Origin: Naegleria gruberi
Lineage: Eukaryota
Length of the DNA: 64,000 bases
Strand: one strand, 5' to 3'
NCBI GenBank assembly: GCA_000004985.1
Contig: GG738902.1
Made by a program: the position numbers and the translations under genes. Shown one piece after another: positions 33,087 to 42,672 of the stretch; positions within the stretch are counted from its first letter, which is position 1, and each line of letters opens with the position of its first letter. A model generated the notes under the pieces. That model made no database searches. It had not been told where the DNA came from and saw only the letters and a program-made list of their open reading frames with translations.

Positions 33087-34268
33087 ATGGAACAATCGGA
33101 AGTGACCATTGCATACTTTAATAATGGCCTTGATGTGCTGAGTATGTTGAGTAGGTGGCAAGTACCAAGCTCGGAATCTGTCATGATTTTCATGTCAAGT
33201 GTTTTGTTTTGCATTGTGGCGACATTGGTTCTTCCTGGAAAGATGGTTCAGGGAGTTCCATTGAAGGATGGATCGAGGATTACATACAAGATTAATGGAT
33301 TATCGGTTGTGTTGCTTGGAACTTTATTTTATGGATTGTTGTGCTATTTCAATTTCCAAATTGGGAATGAGCTTATTTATTCATTGGTTTGTAAGAGTTT
33401 TGGACAATTGCTGGTTACAAGTTTGGTGTTTAGTTTTCTATTGACCAGTTTCTTAAATTTGAGATGTGTCCTTCAACCAGAGAGAAGTAATTACGTTTAT
33501 CCTAAATGGAATATTATCATGAATTTTTGGTGTGGTGTTGAATTGAATCCACACATTTTTGGATTTGAAATTAAGCAATTTTCGTATAGACCTGCATTCT
33601 TAATGATTGGAATTTTGAATTTAAGTTTTGCTTTCGAACAGTTTCGTCTCTATCAAACACTTTCTCAAAATTTCATAACTTTCCAAATCATTAGTTTCCT
33701 CTACTTGATTGATTGTTTCGTATTTGAAGAAGGACTCATTTTCATGTTTGATATTATTGAGGAAAACTTTGGATTCATGTTAGTTTTTGGTGATTACATG
33801 TGGACTCCATTTATTTTCACACTTCAAAATTTATATTTGATTAATGACTTTAATGTTAATCATTTCCAAACAGTTGCCAATATTTTGATATTCATTGTTG
33901 GTTATATCATCTTTAGAGGAGCCAATAATCAAAAAATTACCTTCCGTCAAGATCCAAAACAAGTTTGGCTTGGACTAATCGAACCTAAAGTATTGGAAAC
34001 TTCTCGTGATAGAAAGCTGCTCATTTCTGGATTCTGGGGAATGGCCAGAAAGATTAATTATTTAGGAGATATCCTAGTGGCCATCTCTCAAAGTTTCCCA
34101 TGTCTTCAATGTGGCCATGTCCTTCCATGGATGTATCCAATTTATTTAACACCACTTTTACTTCACAGAGCCATGAGAGATAATGAAAGATGTAAGGAAA
34201 AGTATGGAAAGTTTTGGGATGAATATTGTTCAAAGGTTAGGTGGGTTATGATTCCTGGAATTTATTAG
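33087..34268 (+). CDS. Sterol reductase of the ERG4/ERG24 family (C-14 / C-24(28) / 7-DHC reductase type).
   Basis: Multi-TM protein. The C-terminal signature is LLISGFWGMARKINYLGDIL...LLLHRAMRDNERCKEKYGKFWDEYCSKVRWVMIPGIY, matching LL.SGWW...RH.NY and RD..RC..KYG..W..Y...V.....P.I. Confidence 0.8.
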   Translation: MEQSEVTIAYFNNGLDVLSMLSRWQVPSSESVMIFMSSVLFCIVATLVLPGKMVQGVPLKDGSRITYKINGLSVVLLGTLFYGLLCYFNFQIGNELIYSLVCKSFGQLLVTSLVFSFLLTSFLNLRCVLQPERSNYVYPKWNIIMNFWCGVELNPHIFGFEIKQFSYRPAFLMIGILNLSFAFEQFRLYQTLSQNFITFQIISFLYLIDCFVFEEGLIFMFDIIEENFGFMLVFGDYMWTPFIFTLQNLYLINDFNVNHFQTVANILIFIVGYIIFRGANNQKITFRQDPKQVWLGLIEPKVLETSRDRKLLISGFWGMARKINYLGDILVAISQSFPCLQCGHVLPWMYPIYLTPLLLHRAMRDNERCKEKYGKFWDEYCSKVRWVMIPGIY

Positions 34269-34449
34269 AAATTTTTCGTAGAGATTAGAATAAACTTTCG
34301 AATTTTATGAAATTTAAAGTTTTTGAAAAGAATAATTTCAATGGCTTAATCATGATGTTTCTGATAAATAACTGAATGTAATATTTGTAGATGAAAACAT
34401 AGTCAAATGACGTCAACTGTCATCGATTAATAAAAATCAAATAAAAAAA

Positions 34450-35205
34450 ATGTCATCAGAGTTAATCGTGCCACCAACACCAAGAGGTGCAGCCTCTACA
34501 TCAGAAACAGCTCCAATCACTGAAATTGTAGCATTAAAAATTTCATACGAAATTCCAGAACAAATTTTATCCGAAAATGAACTTGATCAATCACACATTA
34601 GAATAACTTATTGTTTTCCTTCGGATACTTTAGTACAACAAGTTAAAAAACAATTTATTTCTCACTTGTTGGCTAAAGGAGTTGTTAATTTGGAAGTTTC
34701 TAATAAGAATGATGTAGATTCGAATACATTGGATCAGTTTCGTTTACTTGTTACAGGTGGAAAGGAATTATTAGTCGATAAAAAATCACTTCAAGAAAAT
34801 AGAATTGAAAATAATGGCAAACCACTTTCTGTCAATTTAATCAAAATTTCTAATAATCCATCCGAAACTGATGACGAAAATGTTGTAAACCTTTCAGATT
34901 ACGTCGAACGTGAAACTATCAAAATCAAAAAGAAACATGTCGAAGTCAAGCTCAGAATCCAAGAAAAAGTTGGTGATCAAGTTTTAACATGTGACATTTC
35001 CTGTAAAAACAATAAGAAATTTGGAGTCATTTCAAAAATGTATTGTCAACACAGAAATTATAATGCTGAAGATTTTGTGTTTGCAACAAGTGTTAATCAC
35101 GTCTTGTTGAAGAATGAAAAATCACTTTCAAGTATGGGAATGGTTGAGCAAGGAACTGTTTATGTTATTAATGTTTATCATAAGGATTTGGTTAGTTTTA
35201 AATAA
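34450..35205 (+). CDS. Hypothetical protein with two ubiquitin-like-fold segments, at low confidence.
   Basis: FRLLVTGGKELLVDKKSLQENRIENNGKPLSVNLI resembles the ubiquitin C-terminal half ([30 protein letters not shown]). A second similar block lies near the C-terminus. Confidence 0.35.
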   Translation: MSSELIVPPTPRGAASTSETAPITEIVALKISYEIPEQILSENELDQSHIRITYCFPSDTLVQQVKKQFISHLLAKGVVNLEVSNKNDVDSNTLDQFRLLVTGGKELLVDKKSLQENRIENNGKPLSVNLIKISNNPSETDDENVVNLSDYVERETIKIKKKHVEVKLRIQEKVGDQVLTCDISCKNNKKFGVISKMYCQHRNYNAEDFVFATSVNHVLLKNEKSLSSMGMVEQGTVYVINVYHKDLVSFK

Positions 35206-35269
35206 AGGAATTTTATGGAAATAAATCTATTGGAAAATTGAATTTTAACTCAAAATAGGAATGATGCAG

Positions 35270-35278
35270 AAAAAAAAA
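35270..35278 (-). terminator. Pol III oligo-T terminator for tRNA-Ala.
   Basis: Nine consecutive T on the tRNA strand (A9 on plus), 7 nt downstream of the tRNA 3' end. Confidence 0.6.
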
Positions 35279-35285
35279 GGTAAGT

Positions 35286-35357
35286 GGAGATGCGGGGTAT
35301 CGATCCCCGTACCTCTTCCATGCTAAAGAAGCGCTCTACCATGTGAGCTACATCCCC
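35286..35357 (-). tRNA. tRNA-Ala(AGC): tRNA-Ala, anticodon AGC.
   Basis: The reverse complement reads GGGGATGTAGCTCACATG(G)TAGAGCGCTTCTTTAGCATGGAAGAGGTACGGGGATCGATACCCCGCATCTCCA. It has the G3:U70 pair, the GGGGATGTAGCTCA 5' end typical of eukaryotic tRNA-Ala, and the anticodon loop TTAGCAT. A T9 run lies on the coding strand 7 nt past the 3' end. The 72-nt span reflects a D-loop read as ACATGTA; if it is ACATGGTA, as in the truncated copy at 44249, the gene is 73 nt and the end shifts by one base. Confidence 0.85.
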
Positions 35358-35632
35358 TTACATTCTTTTCGAAAACAAGTCTTAATACAACGTTGAAGAA
35401 CGATTTTTACCAGCTGGCAAGATCAAGAAATTCAAGTGTTATTTCAACAAATTATTAATAATTGAACTTAGCACATAATATTAATTTTCTCTCGGAACAT
35501 ACCTCAATTTCCGAAGTCAGACACCACTCAAAAAAAAAATGCACATCGGAATTTCACTCCCTTACTTAAATCTCACTCTTCTTTTCCGATGCCAATCAAT
35601 GAAAAAAACAAGAAAACATCAATATCTTCCAG

Positions 35633-36145
35633 ATGGCCAAAAACAAGACTGCCAAATCTCAAACTCCTCAAGTGAAACCTCAAATCCAAAAGATTGAAAA
35701 ACAACATCAACAAATCAATAATGATTTGAATAAGCAATTGAAGAAGGAAAATTCCGAAAAGAAGAAGCAACATCAAACTTCCTCAGATGCTGCTTTAAAG
35801 AATCAAGAGAGCAAGCAAGTGTCTTCAACAGGTTCATCTCCAGAAAATATTAAGACAGAAGTTACTCCTTCCAATAATCAGGCAACATCAGATTTGTCTC
35901 CTTCTTCCGAGAGCAAATCAAATGATAAGAGGGAGAAAACAATGGAAAGAATTAGAAAGGTGGTAAAACAATTGAAGGAAGATCAAAAGAAGGAAGAAAA
36001 GAAATCAAAAGTTTTGAAAACTCCACTTATTGAAGAAATTAACGAATCGGAGGAGAAGGAATGTCAATCTTCTGAATCATCTTCAGAGAAGAAAGAAGAA
36101 AACGAACGAAATGACGCAGAAGCAAGTACTGTTGAATGTAAATAA
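35633..36145 (+). CDS. K/E/S-rich low-complexity acidic-basic protein of 170 aa.
   Basis: ORF MAKNKTAKSQTPQVKPQIQK... is highly charged throughout, with no domain signature. Confidence 0.4.
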   Translation: MAKNKTAKSQTPQVKPQIQKIEKQHQQINNDLNKQLKKENSEKKKQHQTSSDAALKNQESKQVSSTGSSPENIKTEVTPSNNQATSDLSPSSESKSNDKREKTMERIRKVVKQLKEDQKKEEKKSKVLKTPLIEEINESEEKECQSSESSSEKKEENERNDAEASTVECK

Positions 36146-36183
36146 ATATTGAAAAGTTTAGTTTTGGTTTATTGGTGATCAAT

Positions 36184-37467
36184 TTACAGAATAGAGGTAG
36201 TGATTGGTTTGGAAAGATAGGATGACTTCCTTCGGGTAGGAAGTGTTTTGGAAGCTACAGAATTGAGAAGATTATCATTTTCTTGTTGTAGTTTGAGGAT
36301 TGTCTCTTCACGATCTAATCTCATCTTGTCAGCTTCATTAATGTGTGAAAATAGTTCAGAAATAGTTCGTTCTTGTTTTTTGGCAACTGTTTGAAGGTTG
36401 ATACTATTAGATTGTTCTCTCTTGACTTGTTCCTGAAGTTGCTTGATTTTCTGTTCAAGTTGTTGAATGGTATCTCGTTGTTGCTTTATCATTTCATCCT
36501 CTTCTTGTAGTCTCTTTCTATTCTTGTAAGGGGGCAGCCATTTATCGTGTTCAACCTTGAGCATTTCTTGTAAGAGTTTGTGATGCAGTGATGCAATAGA
36601 ATTTTTGGACTCATCTTCCAAAGATTTATCCACACTTTCAATTTCAGTTTCTCGACTTCCAACAATTTTCACTCTCGATTCACTCAAGAGATTGGCAAGC
36701 TTTTCCTTATCGAGACTGTTTTGAGTCTTTCCATCTTTTTCATGGAGCATGGTATTGAATGAAATGACGAGCCTGGATAAGGTTTGAGCTCTATCATGCC
36801 ATCGTTCTGCCCAATCATCAGAAATTTCCTTCTGTTGAGCCAACTCGTGGTTTCTATTCAAAAGAGTGGCATTCTGGGATTCAATTTGTGCTAAACGAGT
36901 TCTCAGCATTTCATTCTCTGTGTGAACATCTTTTGAAATGTCCTTTTGTGCACACAGATTTGCGTGAAGATAATTATTCGTCCTCACTGAATCCACAACT
37001 ATATGTTCATATTGTTTTTTACATTCTTTCTTTGTTTTGTTCAATTTTCCCTTCAAATGATCAATTTTCTGATCCCTCTTAGCTAAACTCAAATGTACAG
37101 AGAGTGGATCCATATCCAAGCATGCCCTTTCATATCTATCCTTCGTCGTTTCATCCAATGAATAATTACTATCAGAGTCTAACGAAGCAATGGAAGACAA
37201 GGAATTTGATCTTTTCAATCTTCCACCATCTCCACTTCCTCTCCTTAAATTACTAGATGATGATGATGAAAATGATGGCAACAAGTGCCTATAATAATAA
37301 TAAGGCATGTAAGGATAATAACGATTCGGAATGGAAAAGGCATCATCAACAGAACCGTGCCAAAGTACTGAAGAGGACGGAGCTGATGGATAATGATCAT
37401 AGGGATCTGCTCCTGCTGGCCAAACACTTGATGAATAGGGTCCTCCCCAACGATGATAATTGACCAT
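36184..37467 (-). CDS. Coiled-coil protein.
   Basis: The N-terminal Tyr/Pro-rich segment (YYPYMPYYYYRH) is followed by about 250 aa of heptad-like charged sequence (…LQEQVKREQSNSINLQTVAKKQE…). The track start is TTG. I chose the ATG in AAAAAAAATG context at 37467; an alternative ATG lies 54 nt upstream. Confidence 0.5.
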   Translation of the reverse strand: MVNYHRWGGPYSSSVWPAGADPYDHYPSAPSSSVLWHGSVDDAFSIPNRYYPYMPYYYYRHLLPSFSSSSSSNLRRGSGDGGRLKRSNSLSSIASLDSDSNYSLDETTKDRYERACLDMDPLSVHLSLAKRDQKIDHLKGKLNKTKKECKKQYEHIVVDSVRTNNYLHANLCAQKDISKDVHTENEMLRTRLAQIESQNATLLNRNHELAQQKEISDDWAERWHDRAQTLSRLVISFNTMLHEKDGKTQNSLDKEKLANLLSESRVKIVGSRETEIESVDKSLEDESKNSIASLHHKLLQEMLKVEHDKWLPPYKNRKRLQEEDEMIKQQRDTIQQLEQKIKQLQEQVKREQSNSINLQTVAKKQERTISELFSHINEADKMRLDREETILKLQQENDNLLNSVASKTLPTRRKSSYLSKPITTSIL

Positions 37468-37895
37468 TTTTTTTAAATCCTTTTTATTTACGATTTTTTT
37501 ATTACCAACACTTGACTTCATTTTCTGTAATGAATAACAAGCAGCAACCAACGCAAGGATGCAAATTCAGTCATTGCTCTTGTTGCTATTCGCATCAATA
37601 TTTACCACTATTTGCCGTGCCGTTATTAAATTGGCTCAAACAAATACTTGAACCAACAAGGCAAATCTTATTACCATGAACCTCAAATCAAGCAACAAGA
37701 TAACACCTCAACAATTTCATTAATACATAACACCAATTCGGCACTTGCTAGCCTTTTATTTTCACTTGTCTTGTTGTCACTTGGAAGGATAAATTGTGGC
37801 ATAAGTTCTTTTAGAGTAATTAGTCAATTAAATTTCAATTGAACTCTTTAGTCTAAGCCCTTGCAATTAATTGATATCAAAAAAAATCTGCAAAG

Positions 37896-40800
37896 ATGCC
37901 ACTACACCAAACTTTCATCTACACTGGGAAGCTACAACCAGACGAAACTAAACATACAACATTTCCAACAACAAGAACAATATCGCGGAATAGTCGAATT
38001 TCTTTCTCTTCATCAACTATAACCACAAATTTAATTATTTCAATTCTACTGCTAGCATTTATCACCTCTCTCATACAATCTCTATATTATCAGATAGTGT
38101 ATTCATCCAACAATGACAACAAACTTTATAGTCACACATTCTTTGTGAATGCTGCCACTACATGCTATGGTGTTGACAGCACGGATCCTAGTGTTTGCTC
38201 GGGTAATGGAAATTGTACCAGTAAGAATAATTGTGAGTGCAATGATGGATTTAGTGGAAACAAATGTCAAACAGAGACGGTGAAATGTTATGGTGTAGTA
38301 GATACTGATCCTACAGTATGTTCAGGTCATGGAAATTGCTCTAGTAAGAATAATTGTCTGTGTGATTCAGGGTACAGTGGTAACAAGTGTCAAACCTTTG
38401 ATGGTACTAGTTCGATATCGTGTTATGGAATCGATTCGACAGATAGTTCAGTTTGTAATTACAATGGTAATTGCACAGCAACGAATAATTGCGTTTGTAA
38501 TCAAGGATATAGTGGAAATCAGTGCCAAACATTGGATAGCTCTTTTAAATGTTATGGAGTTGACTCTACTGACGTTTCTGTTTGTAATGGAAATGGAAAT
38601 TGTACATCAACTAATAATTGTGTCTGCAAATCTGGTTACACTGGGAATCAATGTCAAAATGAAGATAGTTCATTTAAATGCTACGGGGTTGACTCGACAG
38701 ATATCTCTGTTTGTAGCGGAAATGGAAATTGTACAAGCTCAAACAATTGCGAATGCAAATCTGGTTATACTGGTAATCAATGTCAATCAATTGATAGCTC
38801 TTTCAAGTGTTATGGTGTTGATTCGATAGATATCTCTGTTTGCAATGGAAATGGTAATTGCACTAGTTCAAATAATTGTGTTTGTAAATCTGGTTACAGT
38901 GGAAATCAATGTCAAACCTATGATGGCGGTAATAGTGGTTCATTTAAATGCTATGGAGTTGATTCTAGTGATATCTCTGTTTGTAGTGGAAACGGTAACT
39001 GTACTTCTGCTAATAATTGTGAATGTAAGGCAGGTTATAGCGGCAATCAATGCCAAACCTTCTCTACCTCTTTTAAGTGTTATGGTGTTGATTCGACAGA
39101 TAGTTCAGTTTGTAATGGAAATGGCAATTGCACCTCCTCTAATAATTGCGAATGTAAATCTGGATACACAGGAAACCAATGTCAATCAATTGATAGCTCG
39201 TTCAAGTGTTATGGTGTTGATTCGATGGATGTCTCTGTTTGCAATGGAAATGGTAATTGCACTAGTTCAAACAACTGTGTTTGTAAATCTGGTTACAGTG
39301 GGAATCAATGTCAAAACAATGATGGCAGTAGCACCATTAAATGTTATGGTATTGATTCGACTGACCCATCAGTTTGCTCAGGTCATGGTATCTGTTCCTC
39401 AACCAACGACTGCCAATGTGAAAATGGTTACAGTGGAAATAAGTGTCAAACCTTTGCAAACGAAACATCTACTTTCAAATGTTATGGTGTAGATTCTTCG
39501 GATCCTACTGTTTGCTCTGGTAATGGAAACTGTACATCCACCAACAATTGCCAATGCCAATCAGGATTCAGTGGAAATAAGTGTCAAACTACAGTTAATT
39601 ATTGCTTTGGTTATGATGAAAATGATAACAATGTTTGTGGTGGTCCAGATCGAGGAAAATGTACATCTAACGATGTTTGTGAATGTAAGGGAAGCTACGT
39701 TGGTTACGATTGTGGTGCTTTTGTTTCAGACAAATCACTCATCAAAATAACCTCAAAATATTCAAAGATTCTAAGCACCAATACTGACATTAATTTCATA
39801 ACAATTAGTATTCCAAAGCTCACTAACAGCTACAAGGGAATTGAGAATAGACTCAAGAGTACTTTGGTGATTTTCAGCAGTAATGTTACTATTGATTATT
39901 CCACTACTGGAATGATTGAACAGTTTCAATTGTATAAGAACATGACACTTGGCGTCTACTCTCTCAATTTAACCATTGTTGATACTACTTATAACATTCA
40001 AGTTGCTGCTACTGTTGAGAGCTCAATATTTTCTATACTGACTCTTGAACAAACTACTCAAAGTGTGGATACCTTGACAGCAAAAGAAATTGCACAAGTT
40101 ACAAAGCAATTGAACCAAATTACAAACCAACAACAATTTATTTCTACTGTGGTTTCTACTTTGAAAGAGAATGTTAATAATTACACAATTGATGATGGTT
40201 TAGATTTGACTTCGTCACTATTAGATATTTCCAATGTCAAGTTGGATACTAAATCTAAACTGGGAATATCTGAAACCCTAAAATCATATGCTCAAAATAT
40301 GATCGAAAAGTTTGACAATTTCACAACAGAACAAGTCAAACCAGTTGCAATTAACATCGTTTCTGTTGCCTCAAATATTTTAAATCAATCTATATTTACT
40401 GAACCATCATCTAAATTTGTGGTTATCGGTAATTCTATTCAATCCGTTGAAAAGACACTTTCCCTTGTTACGATTGTTAATCCAACAGAAAATTTATCAA
40501 TTGAAACTTCGATGATTAAGGTTCTTCTCATTTCAAAATCAGAATACAAGAATTTACATACTATAGATAAGGATTATACTCTTAATCTTCCAGAATTGGG
40601 GTTTGAATATTCGTTTGGTTTGGTAAAATATGAAAATTACTTGACAGAAGATTTGCAAAACACAAGTTCAATTTCTGACATTTTGCAAGTGAGACCAATG
40701 TTGAATGGTGTTTTTAGCCCTCTCAGACATTTATCCACTCCATTCAATTTGACTTTCTCTATCAAACATTTCGGTGCGCCACCAAGTAATGAAACAGTTG

Positions 40801-42590
40801 CAACTGTGGTTTGCAAATATTGGAACGAAACAACTAATGAATGGTTGAGTGATGGATGTAGCACCACAATCCTTTCGGCTGATCAAGTCTTGTGCTCATG
40901 CTATCACACAACAAAGTTTTCCTCCTTTGTGGATTATTCTAAAGTGAATTTCAGTACCAGAACTATTCAGACATCACTAGCCGTTGCCAACATCATTTTC
41001 AGTTCCTTATTTATTGCTGCAATTCTAGTTATCCTTGTGTTGTTGGTAATTTTCAGAAAATCCCAACCTGTAAAATCAAGATTTATTACTCCCTACTTTG
41101 CATTAACTGCCCTATTGATTGATAATTTGGTTTCTGGTATTATTGCCAAAGGACTTTTACTTGGAAATTACTCATTCAATGTAGTTATCATGACAAGTGT
41201 CTGTGCAGTAATTTCAAGTGCACTATTGGCAAGTGCAGTCTGGTGCTATTTTGTCATGTCCATTCGTTTCATCATCCACAGATACTTTTACGAATACATG
41301 ATGAGAGTGGTTGAGAACAGACAACAAAAGAATGCCGTTTTGGTTAAGATTTTGAACATTTTCAAACAGGATAAGCTTCTCATCTTGTCTAGTTTGATGA
41401 TTGGTTTTGGTTTTGTCTTGTACTTTACCATTTTTATCATTTTGAAGGGAGTGGATGCTTTCTCTGATTCTCAATTCACTTACTCAACAACCATTTCATT
41501 GTTTATTATTTTACTTTTCATGACGGCGATGGTAATTGCTATTTACATTTTAGACTTTTATTTGGACTTTACAAACAAACAATTAAGAGATGAATTAGTT
41601 GACATATCTGATGAAATAATGTTATTAGAAAGTGGAGATTCAAGCTTGAACAATCTCAATTCTAGAAAATCCCTTAAAATTACAAAACCTTTCGTTGATT
41701 TGTTGGAACAATCCCATATTAAGAAGTTTTTCAATTTATTCTACTCAAATGACAAGTTAATGTTCAGACCTGAGGCCATTTTCTTCATGTTAGGTATTTC
41801 ATTCTTTACCATTTCTTACTGCTTGGGATTTGCCAGTGTCCATGACCGTTACGTATCAAATCCAACTTCTACACAAATTCAAACAGTCGACATTCTCGAT
41901 GCAGTTGCATTCCTTTTTGAAGTCTTGATGACCGTTTGTTTGATTACTAGCTTTGGAGGTTTCTCTGTTGGTTGGGCCATTTTCACTGAAACCAGAAAGA
42001 GAAGTTGCTTCAAGGAATCCAGACAAGCTTCTGTCAATGCTGAGAGAATCAAATCTCAAAGACTTGAAAGCTACGAGGATCTTACCAACAGGTTTGATGT
42101 TTACAAGCTCATGAAGAACAAGTACTTGTTAAGACTCTTCCAACAATATGCCAAGTTGGAAATGTCACTAGAAAATTATATTGTTTGGATGCGAATTGAA
42201 CATGCCAGATCTAAATTTGCCAAATTGTGGGTTGATATGGATGGAGAAGCAGCATCTATCGAGGAATGGAATTCACTCTTGGAGGAATTACTTGGATGGC
42301 TAAAGGATCACTTGGATCCAGATGCAGAACTCGCTCTCAATGTCAGCCACCACTCTGTTAAACAATTCATTGCTGCTGTGCATATGCTAGAAAGCAAAAT
42401 TGACACCATTTCAACTAAGAACAGAGATTCCCTATTCAATTTGAAAGAAATGGTTAGACAAGCCATTGATTCATTAATCATCGATGTTCTCTACAATTTA
42501 ACAGACACCTATTCAAGATTTATCATCACGGATGAATACAAAGCTCTCAAAGAAGTAGAATCTGTTACCGAAATGAATACTTTCAAATAA
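37896..42590 (+). CDS. Giant adhesion-GPCR-like receptor of 1564 aa: about 14 EGF-like repeats, a GPS-like motif, 7 TM helices and a C-terminal RGS-like domain.
   Basis: The repeat is CYGVDSTD.SVC.GNGNCTS.NNC.C..GY.GN.CQ. The GPS-like motif is VVCKYWNETTNEWLSDGCSTTILSADQVLCSCYHTTKFSSF, matching C.C.H.T.F. Seven hydrophobic helices follow. The C-terminal FDVYKLMKNKYLLRLFQQYAKLEMSLENYIVWMRIEH resembles the RGS N-terminal helices. Confidence 0.75.
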   Translation: MPLHQTFIYTGKLQPDETKHTTFPTTRTISRNSRISFSSSTITTNLIISILLLAFITSLIQSLYYQIVYSSNNDNKLYSHTFFVNAATTCYGVDSTDPSVCSGNGNCTSKNNCECNDGFSGNKCQTETVKCYGVVDTDPTVCSGHGNCSSKNNCLCDSGYSGNKCQTFDGTSSISCYGIDSTDSSVCNYNGNCTATNNCVCNQGYSGNQCQTLDSSFKCYGVDSTDVSVCNGNGNCTSTNNCVCKSGYTGNQCQNEDSSFKCYGVDSTDISVCSGNGNCTSSNNCECKSGYTGNQCQSIDSSFKCYGVDSIDISVCNGNGNCTSSNNCVCKSGYSGNQCQTYDGGNSGSFKCYGVDSSDISVCSGNGNCTSANNCECKAGYSGNQCQTFSTSFKCYGVDSTDSSVCNGNGNCTSSNNCECKSGYTGNQCQSIDSSFKCYGVDSMDVSVCNGNGNCTSSNNCVCKSGYSGNQCQNNDGSSTIKCYGIDSTDPSVCSGHGICSSTNDCQCENGYSGNKCQTFANETSTFKCYGVDSSDPTVCSGNGNCTSTNNCQCQSGFSGNKCQTTVNYCFGYDENDNNVCGGPDRGKCTSNDVCECKGSYVGYDCGAFVSDKSLIKITSKYSKILSTNTDINFITISIPKLTNSYKGIENRLKSTLVIFSSNVTIDYSTTGMIEQFQLYKNMTLGVYSLNLTIVDTTYNIQVAATVESSIFSILTLEQTTQSVDTLTAKEIAQVTKQLNQITNQQQFISTVVSTLKENVNNYTIDDGLDLTSSLLDISNVKLDTKSKLGISETLKSYAQNMIEKFDNFTTEQVKPVAINIVSVASNILNQSIFTEPSSKFVVIGNSIQSVEKTLSLVTIVNPTENLSIETSMIKVLLISKSEYKNLHTIDKDYTLNLPELGFEYSFGLVKYENYLTEDLQNTSSISDILQVRPMLNGVFSPLRHLSTPFNLTFSIKHFGAPPSNETVATVVCKYWNETTNEWLSDGCSTTILSADQVLCSCYHTTKFSSFVDYSKVNFSTRTIQTSLAVANIIFSSLFIAAILVILVLLVIFRKSQPVKSRFITPYFALTALLIDNLVSGIIAKGLLLGNYSFNVVIMTSVCAVISSALLASAVWCYFVMSIRFIIHRYFYEYMMRVVENRQQKNAVLVKILNIFKQDKLLILSSLMIGFGFVLYFTIFIILKGVDAFSDSQFTYSTTISLFIILLFMTAMVIAIYILDFYLDFTNKQLRDELVDISDEIMLLESGDSSLNNLNSRKSLKITKPFVDLLEQSHIKKFFNLFYSNDKLMFRPEAIFFMLGISFFTISYCLGFASVHDRYVSNPTSTQIQTVDILDAVAFLFEVLMTVCLITSFGGFSVGWAIFTETRKRSCFKESRQASVNAERIKSQRLESYEDLTNRFDVYKLMKNKYLLRLFQQYAKLEMSLENYIVWMRIEHARSKFAKLWVDMDGEAASIEEWNSLLEELLGWLKDHLDPDAELALNVSHHSVKQFIAAVHMLESKIDTISTKNRDSLFNLKEMVRQAIDSLIIDVLYNLTDTYSRFIITDEYKALKEVESVTEMNTFK
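38160..39720 (+). repeat. Tandem array of about 111-114-nt units encoding the EGF-like repeats of the receptor.
   Basis: Near-identical nucleotide units, each beginning aagtgttatggtgttgattcgacagat... and ending ...ggaaatcaatgtcaa. This explains the long ORFs in the other forward frames. Confidence 0.8.
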
Positions 42591-42672
42591 AATTTATTCA
42601 GGAAGCACGTATGATTAAGGCAAAGTTTTATTTAAATCCACGTATACTTTACTTCTTTATAAAATGAGATAA

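Noticed and set aside
38329-39750. Three long ORFs in the other forward frames inside the receptor gene (38329..38829, 38845..39492, 39523..39750).
   Set aside because: They are alternative-frame readings of the tandem EGF-repeat DNA. Their products are repetitive, M/V/I-rich and meaningless. The frame with Cys-spaced EGF units is clearly the real one.
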